Source of the DNA: Nemertoderma westbladi
Taxonomy: Eukaryota > Animalia > Xenacoelomorpha
Direction of reading: 5' to 3'
Length of the DNA stretch: 64,000 nucleotides
Assembly: GCA_032718475.1 (NCBI GenBank)
Contig: JAUCBJ010004016.1
Location: 2,059-66,058 of the forward strand
This document shows, piece by piece, positions 1 through 10,950 of the stretch. The number at the start of each line of letters is the position of its first letter. Position 1 is the stretch's first letter. The translations under genes and the position numbers were made by a program. The notes beneath the pieces were generated by a model that saw only the letters and a list, made by a program, of their open reading frames with translations, was not told the DNA's origin and searched no databases.

Positions 1-1286
1 TTTAAGTTTTAGTTTTAGTGTGGCGTAATTTAGCGAACAAGGAAATAAATTGAACCAAAAGAAATTGAGAGTTACTGGCGCAAATTGACCGCAAACAATA
101 ATCTTCAGTTTGGTGGGATTAAAAAATTAATATAAATCATTAATGGAAAGGGGCTGGTTGCAGTGAATAATAAACAAAACTTTATTTCATATGCGACAAA
201 TTTCCGCAGGAGATCACTTTTTTCACTTGCGGTCAATGAACGCCACTATCTGCAAATGGATCAACTCCCTTATTTACTTACAGTAGAGCTACACTAACTC
301 TGCTATTGTCCAAGGACAAGGTCCATACATGGTGCTAGTGCAATAACCATGGATTGCATTTTGATCGCATCCGGGGAATTTTTACCGGGGAATTTTTATT
401 TATAACCGTTCAAGACCGACAAGGTTAAATGAAGTCAATTTGAAAAATACAAAAAAATTACAATTTCATAAAGAAAATTCATATATACAATTATATACAA
501 TTGATTTTTCTCAATGTTATATTAGGTTCTTTTGTTCAAAAGTTGAAAATATTAACAACACCTTGGCGGGGGTTCAATCTCCGTACGCCTTACGCACCTT
601 TCGGCCTGTTATATCTGACCAGTTGCGCCAGCTAGTTCAGCCACTTCCCGCTGACGCTGACTCGCGGAGTTCACATACTCCGCGATCTATCATACAGGCA
701 GTCTTACGTTGAATATCATATTTGAAATAAGCACTTTTTGTCACTAATGTTTAACTTTTTTTAGTCTTGTTTTTAATTACTAATATCACTAGTTTAGTTA
801 TAGAAAGTAGGCCTACAATAGGTAATCATAGTGAGCGAAAGCAGTCCTTTAATTCATGGCACTGTTTTTTTTACAAATTTTAGTGATAAATAGTGGATTT
901 CTCAGATAAATATATTTAGATTGTAAATATTAAATTGATAAAACGTCTAAAGTCCTTCAATAATTTTCACTTCTGAACAAAACAACCCATCATTATTTGA
1001 TTAAAATTTGCATCAGCTCATCTCCAATTCTATTTTTGGCTAAATAATATTTAATTCAACTCTTTAATCAATTGGACATTCAGAGATTGACATATTTACT
1101 GGATTAAGAAATAATTTATCAAATTATTTAATTTCCTTTTTTGGAACCAATTTATTATTATTCCACTGTGTAAATGTCTGAATATTATATTTAAACTACT
1201 GGAAATTCTTGGCACCTCTAATAATTGTTTAGTAAATAACTTATCTGAATATCCGAGACTTGGTTTCTATACAATTTTACTTTATT

Positions 1287-2639
1287 ATGACTTCCATGAT
1301 TGTCGTTAATCGTAAATGTTTCTCTTCTAAAAGTTTATCTTTCAAGACATCGAATCATTTATCAAATCCTTCCAACTCTCTAATAATACCAATAAGATTG
1401 CGACTCCTCAGACAAACACCTCATTCTCAACAAAGAAATTATCGACCATTTAATTTTAGAAGGTGCCGGTATTTAGTTCCATTACCGTCTCGAATTGCAT
1501 TCCCTCAGACGATTAACAGTCGTCTACAATGGTTATTGTTTTACCTGGTTGCTATAATAATCGCTGCACTAGCAACGTGGGTGAAGCCACTACGTGTGGC
1601 TTCCGCCGAGACTAACCCCAAAAGAACAAGTCATCCGATGAACTTTATAGCCGATCTCGTTAAGGTTGTATCCCCATCCGTGGTTGAGATCCAAGTTGCG
1701 GGTCGGGTTTCTACCCCAAGCCGTGTGTTTGGTACCAAGGTGCCGAGTACCTTGGTACCTGGTGGCTCCGGGTTCATTGTCGACTCATCTGGCCTGGTAA
1801 TCACTAACTACCATGTGGTTGCTAGGGACGCCCGTGTACGTGTGTTACTAAGCGACGGGAGCAGTCTGTCGGGAAGAGTCATTGCGGTGAGTCCACAACT
1901 CGACTTGGCTCTAATACAGTTGGATGGAGGTGGCAGGAGGAAGTACCCAGTATTGAAACTTGGTAGTTCGAATGCAGTAGAACCCGGTGAATTTGTTGTA
2001 GCATTTGGATCACCTATGGGTCTCAGACAGACAGTTACAGCTGGTATTGTGAGCTCCTTGCGGCGTGCAGCTGACGTCCCTGGTCAAACAACTGATTGGT
2101 CGATGCATCCTGAGATACACTACATACAGACTGACGCAGCGATCTCCCCGGGCAGTAGTGGAGGTCCTTTAGTAAACCTATACGGAGAAGTTATCGGTGT
2201 CAACTCAATGAAAGTCGCTTCAGTTTTCTTTGAGGGTTTATCATTCGCCATGCCGGTAGACCTAGTCAAGTACTTTTTATCCCAACAGCGGAATATACCA
2301 CAGCCTTCCGCCCCATCATATGAACCCAGTTTCTATTTAGGGATACAGATGTTCACCCTGACACACGATATGATTCTAGCCTTACAGATTCGCAGTAATT
2401 GGTCACTGCCCTCTTACATTACCTGCGGTATCCTTGTCAGCGCTGTCCACAACGGATCCCCCGCCCAACTTGCTGGTATCCAGAATGATGACATAGTTGT
2501 TGCGATCGATGGTAAACCAGTGACTGGTGGGTCTCAAGAGTTACAGAATGCGACGCAAACGGGAAATAAACTAAATATAACTTTGTTTAGGCACAATAAA
2601 ACTTTAGATGTAATTGTTACACCAGAACGTTTAAACTAA
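1287..2639 (+). CDS. HTRA2: HtrA2/Omi-like serine protease with PDZ domain, single exon
   Basis: First in-frame ATG is 1287 (the ORF track starts at a TTG). The N-terminus is Arg/Ser/Leu-rich and acid-free (mitochondrial presequence-like), followed by a hydrophobic segment (WLLFYLVAIIIAALATWV), NFIADLVKVVSPSVV, GSGFIV, TNYHVV (His), DLALI (Asp), QTDAAISPGSSGGPLVN (Ser) and a C-terminal PDZ (YLGI...GSPAQLAGIQNDDIVVAIDG). Confidence 0.88.
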   Translation: MTSMIVVNRKCFSSKSLSFKTSNHLSNPSNSLIIPIRLRLLRQTPHSQQRNYRPFNFRRCRYLVPLPSRIAFPQTINSRLQWLLFYLVAIIIAALATWVKPLRVASAETNPKRTSHPMNFIADLVKVVSPSVVEIQVAGRVSTPSRVFGTKVPSTLVPGGSGFIVDSSGLVITNYHVVARDARVRVLLSDGSSLSGRVIAVSPQLDLALIQLDGGGRRKYPVLKLGSSNAVEPGEFVVAFGSPMGLRQTVTAGIVSSLRRAADVPGQTTDWSMHPEIHYIQTDAAISPGSSGGPLVNLYGEVIGVNSMKVASVFFEGLSFAMPVDLVKYFLSQQRNIPQPSAPSYEPSFYLGIQMFTLTHDMILALQIRSNWSLPSYITCGILVSAVHNGSPAQLAGIQNDDIVVAIDGKPVTGGSQELQNATQTGNKLNITLFRHNKTLDVIVTPERLN

Positions 2640-3908
2640 TTTGTGATTTGCAATATGTTATTCTACAGTACCGCTTTCAAATAACGTCGTATTGGATCCT
2701 AATAGGATCCTATTAGGATCCAAGTCGCTGATTCACTACTATAATATAGAAGTTAGGATTTAATTGTTAATGAAATTTAGCCCAAATTCCAGACTTGGAG
2801 GCACTTAGGATTTGTCTTGGATTGTATTAGGAATTTACTTGGAAATCGGCGCTTACTTTTATGTCTGGAAGGTGGACTGACTCAGACTATGCTTGTGCTG
2901 GTCCACTTCTTCTCCATAGAATGGACTAGACTCAACCTAAAGTTTACGTAGTGTTCAGTTCATTACACGTTGTGGGGTCTTCGAGCAGCACGTGTTCAAA
3001 TGTTCAATGACTGAGCAGCGACTATTAACAAATTTATGGGAGATTCATTGACCAGCTACCGACAGACCAATATTGTGACATATTTTAGTTTAATGTTTGA
3101 TTCAATTAAAGGCACAAATTAAAAAGGCTACAAATATATAGGGGTGAATAATTAAATTAGTCACCCATTAGGCCTAAAAGTTGCAATCTATATAAATTTT
3201 TAAATTCAGTAGTGTGCGTGTGTTGTGTATTGATTCCGTAGATTTAATGTTGAAATAGCGTTCATTAACTTAATTTCTATTTAATTATTCAGGCATACTA
3301 ATACACACATTAAATTAGTTCGTGTGTGTTAAGTGTGTAAGATTTGATTGTTTTGGCACGAACCCATTAGGGCACAGAAACTGACGGATTCTTCGCGAAT
3401 TTCGCAAACGTCGCGAATTTCGCAAACGTCGCAAACTTCGGGAATTTTTTCTACAATTTTGACTCCTTAAGCAAAAGGGTCCCGAATGAGTTTTTTAACC
3501 TTTATTTTTTTGTGATTTTGAGTGCTTTTTTATATTATTAGTGAATGTTCTAGAACCTTAGTAGATTTTTTATGGTATAATGCTAGTATTTTTTACTAGC
3601 TAGTAATTTTTGGAAATTATTTTGGTCATTAATATATTCTTCAACAGTTTAACCTGAAATATCATGGACTTTCACATTTTTTATAATTTCTAAAAATTCT
3701 AGCTAGCAAAAAAAATACTACCGGTAGCTATCATAAAAAACATATCTACTAATGTTCTAGAACTTTCACCAATACCAAAAAAAATAAAAAAAAACTCTAA
3801 AAAAGGATTGGTAAAAAATGGCTGGGGTGTCGACAGGGCGAAGTAGGGACCGTGTTGCTTAACCCCTTAGAGCCTATGACCTCCAGTGCATGTCACCATG
3901 GACAACAC

Positions 3909-6693
3909 TGTGACGGGATCAGGGATCCCGACCGGGTAATTAAAGTACGCGTCACCGTTCTGCTTGGGGATGGTGCTAACAGCTTTGGCCGAGGCCGTTG
4001 AGGAAAAACAATAGAGTTACTGTTGTTTCTTGATGTTAGAAAATATCCGAAGATAGCACGATTGAATAGCAGAAATACAGATAAGATAGTTACCGGTATA
4101 ATGGTGTCGATGACGGTCAATAATTATGACCGGTCTGCACTAATAAACTGAATAATACAACTGACATACCAATCCAACAATCTGAGATAATATATGATTG
4201 ATACACTGAATATTGCTTCACCTCCTACTCTACTTTGGCCTTCTACCCAATGGATGCTTTCCTGTCCCCTATCACGTGCCTCCCTTCCCTCTATTGGCTA
4301 ATATACTACTTGTCACCGTGGCACTCTCTGGGAGTGTTTCCCCTCCCGCTGCTAGCCCCTGCTAGCTGTATTCCCTCCGAGGTGGTTTGACCTCTAACCT
4401 CACTCTGTGGCTTTGGGGCTTGTGTCCCCCCCCCCCCCCCCCCAATGTTGGTTATGATACGAGATTGATATTGATAATCTCGTATCTCCAACATATTGCT
4501 GAAAATGCCACTAGCCCATTTTCTGGTGGGTAATGAAGTGGAATTGAATCCGCTTACACTCCCCCCCCCCCATGCTATCTTCCCGGTGAGAAGATAGCAT
4601 CAACCTCAAGTGCGCTTCAATTCCGCCGGAACCCGATCTAGAGTTGTTTTCTGTATCTGGAGTTCTTTTCTCGGGGTTGGCTTTCCAGCCCCCCCCCCCC
4701 CCCCCCCATGGGTATGATATTGCTACCCCTCCTTGGTGCAATCGCGAGCTATGTTGCACCAAGGTATCTGGCGTCTCTGTTCGAGACAATTGTGGACTCT
4801 CTTTCACACAATTTTGTTTATACTACTTCGCTCTGAACTCACTCTATTCTCACTTTACTCTATCTCTTATGGGCCCTATCGCCCCTTACTCTCTCTCTTA
4901 CAGCTCGCTCCCCACATTTGAATTGCACTCCTCTCACTCCATCATGTGTCAACACCTCCTCTCCATGCTTCCCCGCGATTCCCCATTCTCGTTTTCATTC
5001 TCCACACTTATTGGGTCCCACACATTTGCGCATTATGTTTGTGGGATCCGTCTAAGTCTCATCCTGCCGTTCTAGTCAATTAGTCCCCAGTCCCAGTAGC
5101 TAATTGGAAAAAGGTTGTAATCTCGTATCCCCAACATATTGCTAAAATGCCACTAGCCCATTTTCTGGTGGGTAATGAAGTGGAATTGCATCCGCTTACA
5201 CCCCCCCCCCCCCATGCTATCTTCCTGGTGAGAAGATAGCATCAACCTCAAGTGCGCTTCAATTCCACTGGAACCCAATCTAATATCGGGTGTGGGGTGG
5301 AGTTCTTTTCTCGGGGTTGGCTTTCGAGGCCGCCCCCCCCCCCCCTGGGTATGATGTTGCTACCCCTCCTTGGTACAATCGCGAGCTATGTTGCACCAAG
5401 GTATCTGACGTCTCCGTTTGAGACAATTGGGGACTCTCTTTCCACACAATTTTGTATCACTTCGCTCTGAACTCACTCTAACCTCATTCTACTCTATCTT
5501 ACTCTCGGACCTCTCTGTCCCTTACTCTCTCTCTCTCTCTCCCTTGGGATTCTCTTCCTTTCTCCCTGCTCGCTCCCCACACTTGAATTGTTTCTCTCGC
5601 CTCTCGCTCTTTACTCTCGTTCGTTTCTCTCGCCTCTCGCTCTTTCTCCTCCCTTATTTCTCTCTCCTCACTCTCTTCGTTCGGCGTCGTACCGGCGGCC
5701 CCACCGTCGCTGTTCCGGTGGGCCGTCCATCGCCCTCGGCCTGTGGCTGGCCGGCGACTTCTGTACTCCGACCGCCGTCGTGCGTCAACTTGTCTCTCCC
5801 TCGTGGTTGACGGCCGCCCTCCGCTTGGGCTACCGGATCGTCCCTCGTCGGCGAATCTGGCGTCGCTGGCTGATACCGTCTCATCACGGCCTCACGGATC
5901 GTTTGGTTGGTATCGTCCGGGGTCCGCGGCGGCATCCTCCTTCCCTCAGATAATCGGGGTTCCCTATCGCTCATCTTTGGTCTTTCGCTGTATCTGGCAG
6001 TCACAGTTTATGTTGACAGTTGGTAAATTATAGACTGTGACGGGATCAGGGATCCCGACCGGGTAATTAAAGTACGCATCACCTAACAGCATGGTGCTAA
6101 CAGCTTTGGCCGAGGCCGTTTGGGAAAAACAATAGAGTTACTATTGTCTCTTGATGTTAGAAAATATCCGAAGATAGCACGATTGAATAGCAGAAATACA
6201 TATAAGATAGTTACCGGTATAATGGTGTCGATGACGGTCAATAATTATGACCGGTCTGCACTAATAAACTGAATAATACAACTGACATACCAATCCAACA
6301 ACCTGAGATGATATATGATTGATACACTGAATATTGCTTCACCTCCTACTCTACTTTGGCCTTCTACCCAATGGATGCTTCCCTGTCCCCTATCACGTGC
6401 CTCCCTTCCCTCTATTGGCTAATATACTACTTGTCACCTTGGCACTCTCTGGGAGTGTTTCCCCTTCCGCTGCTAGCCCCTGCTACCTGCATTCCCTCCG
6501 AGGTGGTTTGACCTCTAACCTCACTCTGTGGCTTTGGGGCTTGTGTTGCCCCCCCCCCCCCCCCCCCCCACCCCCCAATGTGTTGGTTATGATACGATAT
6601 TGATGTTGATAATCTCGTATCTCCAACATATTGCTGAAAATGCCACTAGCCCATTTTCTGGTGGGTAATGAAGTGGAATTGAATCCGCTTACA
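3909..6693 (-). mobile_element. Non-autonomous LTR retrotransposon (LTRs 3909-4558 and 6036-6693)
   Basis: Two highly similar ~650-bp direct repeats, each TGT...ACA; 5-bp TSD AACAC at 3904-3908 and 6694-6698. CTCCCCCCCCCC at 4559-4570 is a minus-strand polypurine tract. A decayed Arg/Glu-rich, possibly gag-like frame lies at ~6004-5520 (-). No pol. Confidence 0.9.
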
Positions 6694-6894
6694 AACACTA
6701 AGACGTGCAGTGGACGTCATGCTGCAATACATGTTTTATTGGAAGGCTCTTGGTCTAGGTATACTGGTAGACAGTATTAAAGACATATAGTGCTCTTCAT
6801 GGGAAAAAATCCATTCTGTACTGTAGATAGGCTGTATTGTAGACTGTATTATCAATGTTAGGTATATGGCGTAATGCCAACCACAGTACAGTAG

Positions 6895-7418
6895 TACAGA
6901 CTGACAGTAAGACCGACAGACAGACAGACTCGATTTATGTAAACGTGTAAACTGACATCAGAAATGAAATCAGCAACCCTTAAAACCCCCATAGCGGGAA
7001 TGTTGGTTAGTTAGTATACTTTCTTAAGTTTTCACACACTGACTGACAGAAAGACCGACAGCCAGACAGACTAGATTTATTAAACGTGAAAACTGACATC
7101 TGAAATGAAATCAGCACCCATTAAAACCCCCATAACGAGAATGTTAGTTAGTTTGTATTCTTTTTTAAGTTTTGACTGACTGACAGAAAGACCGACAAAC
7201 AGACAGACTAGATTTATGTAAACCTGAAAACTGACATCAGAAATGAAATCAGCACCTCTTAAAACCCCCATAGCGAGAATGTTAGTTAATTTGAATTATT
7301 TTTTATGTTTTGACAGACTGACTAACAGAATGACCGACAGACAGACAGACTAGATTTATGTAAACGTGAAAACTGACATCAGAAATGTAATCAGCACCCC
7401 CATAGCGAGAATGTTAGC
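6895..7418. repeat. Tandem repeat, ~135-140 bp unit, ~4 copies
   Basis: Recurring GACAGACAGACTAGATTTATGTAAACGTGAAAACTGACATCAGAAATGAAATCAGCACC...CCCCCATAGCGAGAATGTTAG. Confidence 0.85.
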
Positions 7419-8064
7419 GACAAGTTCTAATTATTAACCATATTTCGTAAGATATATTTTAAAACATTTATTTATTAATAATGCAATAACTGAATAACCA
7501 GATAACGGAAAGACAAACCGAATTGAAACTTTTAATTACTAATAATAATTGTGGTGAGAGGTGATTGGAAATCAAGGATATATGTTATGTTATGGAGCAC
7601 GCGTTGGTAGGCACAGGCAAATGAATTGATGTCTGTTGAGATGTCTTCCTTCTACAAGACTACTACAGTTATGTCCTTGTGTGCTAGCCTAGGGACTGGC
7701 TTGGTCAATGATTTTAGCTTGCCTTGTTAGTAATGTACAACTTCAAGAAATATTATTGGGCACAGCTGCCCTTGCCATGCCTTAGGCTCTATGGGGGAGA
7801 ATGGAATCAGCGTATGAATTTACAATGTTAATTATGTTTAAATAAATGAAAAATACCTTTATTAACGCAAATCACTTGAAAAAATAAAAAACTATGATGG
7901 AATGGGGTACATGGATTCCAGATATCTAATTTCTGTGCAAAATAACTTTAATCGTATGGTGCTAAATAATTAATTTCCATGAAGAGACCGTTCAAAATGA
8001 CTCAACCATACAATTTAGCTGAAGAAATTAATTTAGATTATGGCTTCCGACATTTATGGCTTCC

Positions 8065-8066
<2 letters not shown>

Positions 8067-8103
<37 letters not shown>
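8067..8103. repeat. (CA)n microsatellite
   Basis: Uninterrupted AC run. Confidence 0.95.
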
Positions 8104-8105
<2 letters not shown>

Positions 8106-8671
8106 CCTTCTGCAAATCGTATATTATCCTAACACCAACACATTTACGTTTTTCACGCGACAGTACTAACACCTAATAACACTGATTTAATTGTGCTAAC
8201 ACAACCAGTTCAATAAATGACCGCTAGTATTGCACACCACACATCAATTCCCCTAACAGGGTAATAACTAGTGTTTAAATTGCCGGCTTCTGCACATTCA
8301 TTATTTGTCTTTGTAAAAGCAATACATTGGCTGGACTGTAGGACTATAATCTCTAGAATACAAATATAGTGCTAACAACAACCAATAATAGTATAATGAT
8401 AGCAACTGTATCTGTATGACAACTAAATATGGTGTATATTATATTATATGCAATATATTAATATGCAATATTGCAAAATGAATGCAATATTATTCCTTTC
8501 CTACGAGATTAATACAGGAATTATCAGAATTTCGAAGTAATGAAAGAAAATCCATTCTTTTTCATTGCTATCTAAGTTGACTAGGCACTTTATAAAATTT
8601 CATATACACTATATGTTCATAATTACGCCACCCGCACGCAATTCATCTTTAGTTTATTTAAAAAAAAAAGG

Positions 8672-9376
8672 AATGCGGGATGTTGGCTAGACGCGATTCC
8701 CTGCAGTTCCCTAGGTCTCAAGCTTTCTAACTCTCAGCTCCGCCTATCAATCGCTACCCGCCTCGGCTGCAAATTTACCGAGCCCCACGCCTGCACCAGG
8801 TGTGGAAGCCCAGTCCATGCGGATGGACTACCCGGCCTTTATTGCCAGAAGAGTGCTGGCCGATTCGCCCGCCATTCAATGTTGAATGAGATTGTGAAGC
8901 GTGGGTTGGCCAGCTGTAATATCCCCTCTATTCTAGAACCACCCGGCCTCTCTAGAACAAATGGTAAACGGGTAGATGGGATGACTCTAGTACCTTGGGA
9001 GAGCGGAAAGACTTTGACCTGGGACGCCTCTGTGGTGGACCCCCTCGCACCAAGCCACTTATCCACCAGCCAAAATGAGGGAGGACGCGTTGCCCAGGAA
9101 CAGGAGAAAATAAAAACACGAAAGTACCTGGATCTTATAGACTGCGGTTATCAATTTACTCCTGTTGCGTTTGAGACCTTTGGCCGACCAGGACCAGCCA
9201 CTGCAACCTTCCTGAAAGACCTAGGGAGACGAATTCACAACGCTACCATGGAGCCACGATCCCATCGATTCCTGTTGCAGAGGCTGTCAATATCAATCTT
9301 AATGGGTAACGCCGCATCTATCCTGGGAACATTAGACTCTAGTAACTCTGATGGGCTTTTTGATTTACTCGAATAA
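8672..9376 (+). mobile_element. 5'-truncated CRE-like non-LTR retrotransposon (zinc knuckle plus restriction-like endonuclease)
   Basis: Open frame from 8672: WLDAIPCSSLGL...RLG...CTRC...C...RHSMLNEIV...EP...RVDG...WDASVVD...KTRKY...PVAFETFG...QRLSI, the C-terminal motif order typical of CRE-clade RLE elements. Confidence 0.8.
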
Positions 9377-9650
9377 ATACAACCATTACGTAATAATTTA
9401 CCTTATACTTCTAGATCAGTAACAATTACTGAAAGAGACATAAAATAATTAAGTTTTTTTTTAATAAAAAAATTATTCTAAATAACTTTACTTGGAAATT
9501 TTAAATACAGAAATTTCAGTTTATTAAATATTAGTTTTTTTGCACCGTTAAAGATTAAATAAAGTTTGGATGGTACTCATGCCCTCATTCTTCTTAATTA
9601 TATGTATATCATATAATTTATTACAGGCTAGGCATAGTTTGTCTAGCTGT

Positions 9651-10490
9651 TAGCACAATATTAGTTAGCCAGATAATATACACACACACCAATATTGGTT
9701 ACACCATGTCATATAATTGATAACACTGTAGTTCAGTTAGCACAATATTAGTTAGCCAGATAATATACACACTCGCCATGGTTACACCTAGTCATATAAT
9801 TGATGACACTGTAGTTCAGTTGTTAGCACAATATTAGCTAGCCAGATAATATACACACTCGCCAATATTGCGGTTAAACCTAGTCATATAATTGATTACA
9901 CTGAAGTTCAGTTAGCACAATATTAGTTAGCCAGATAATATACACACTCGCCAATATTGCGGTTAAACCTAGTCATATAATTGATTACACTGAAGTTCAG
10001 TTAGCACAATATTAGTTAGCCAGATAATATACACACTCGCCAATATTGCGGTTAAACCTAGTCATATAATTGATTACACTGAAGTTCAGTTAGCACAATA
10101 TTAGTTAGTCAGATAATATACACACTCGCCAATATTGCGGTTAAACCTAGTCATATAATTGATTACACTGAAGTTCAGTTAGCACAATATTAGTTAGCCA
10201 GATAATATACACACTCGCCATGGTTACACCTAGTCATATAATTGATTACACTGTAGTTGAGTTGTTAGCACAATATTAGCTAGCCAGATAATATACACAC
10301 TCGCCAATATTGCGGTTAAACCTAGTCATATAATTGATTACACTGAAGTTCAGTTAGCACAATATTAGTTAGACAGATAATATACACACTCGCCATGGTT
10401 ACACCTTGTCATATAATTGATTACACAGTAGTTCTGTTAGCACAATATTAGTTAGTCAGTTAATATACACGCTCTCCAATATTGGTTTTA
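9651..10490. repeat. Tandem repeat, ~89-bp unit, ~10 copies
   Basis: TTAGCACAATATTAGTTAGCCAGATAATATACACACTCGCCAATATTGCGGTTAAACCTAGTCATATAATTGATTACACTGAAGTTCAG (e.g. starts at 9912 and 10001), with shorter variants. Confidence 0.92.
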
Positions 10491-10950
10491 ATAATAATAA
10501 TAATTGGATCTTTACTTGTTATCCAAAGGATATGAAATTACATTCAAAGAAATTGAAGGACGTGTTAGATTTAAATACATTTGGTTACATTTTAGTTCAG
10601 GTTAGTTAAAAATTGCAATGTTAGTAAAATAATTTGGTGCGCAAAATCAAGTGGCCAGCGATAAGTCGAGGATAATGATGTACACGCACTGTTTAAGAGG
10701 GGGGAGAACATGTTGTAGGCGTGGCGTGGGCAGGAAATATAGTTGTCGGTTGTACCTTTGGGGTTAGCACAAAAAGCGCAGAAACGGGATTCATACAGAC
10801 TCAATATGGATTTTATTATAGATTCAATAATAATGTTAAATATTTTGCAAGATCAGCCTCTAGATATGACTATACGGAATATAACTTTATGGACTTTATC
10901 AACTTTAAGACATGTACCAAACGTTAGAACTACAACACACATCTTTGAAC

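Noticed and set aside
565-630. tRNA- or SINE-like boxes upstream of HtrA2 (similar weak case near 34605)
   Set aside because: B box and stems are too degenerate to support a call.
4306-6698. Many short overlapping ORFs in the LTR element
   Set aside because: GC-rich and homopolymer-driven frames without recognisable domains; only a decayed gag-like frame is plausible.
9651-10490. CRISPR-like regular repeats (also considered for 24291-24470 and 40110-43753)
   Set aside because: No unique spacers, no cas genes, and a spliceosomal eukaryotic context.
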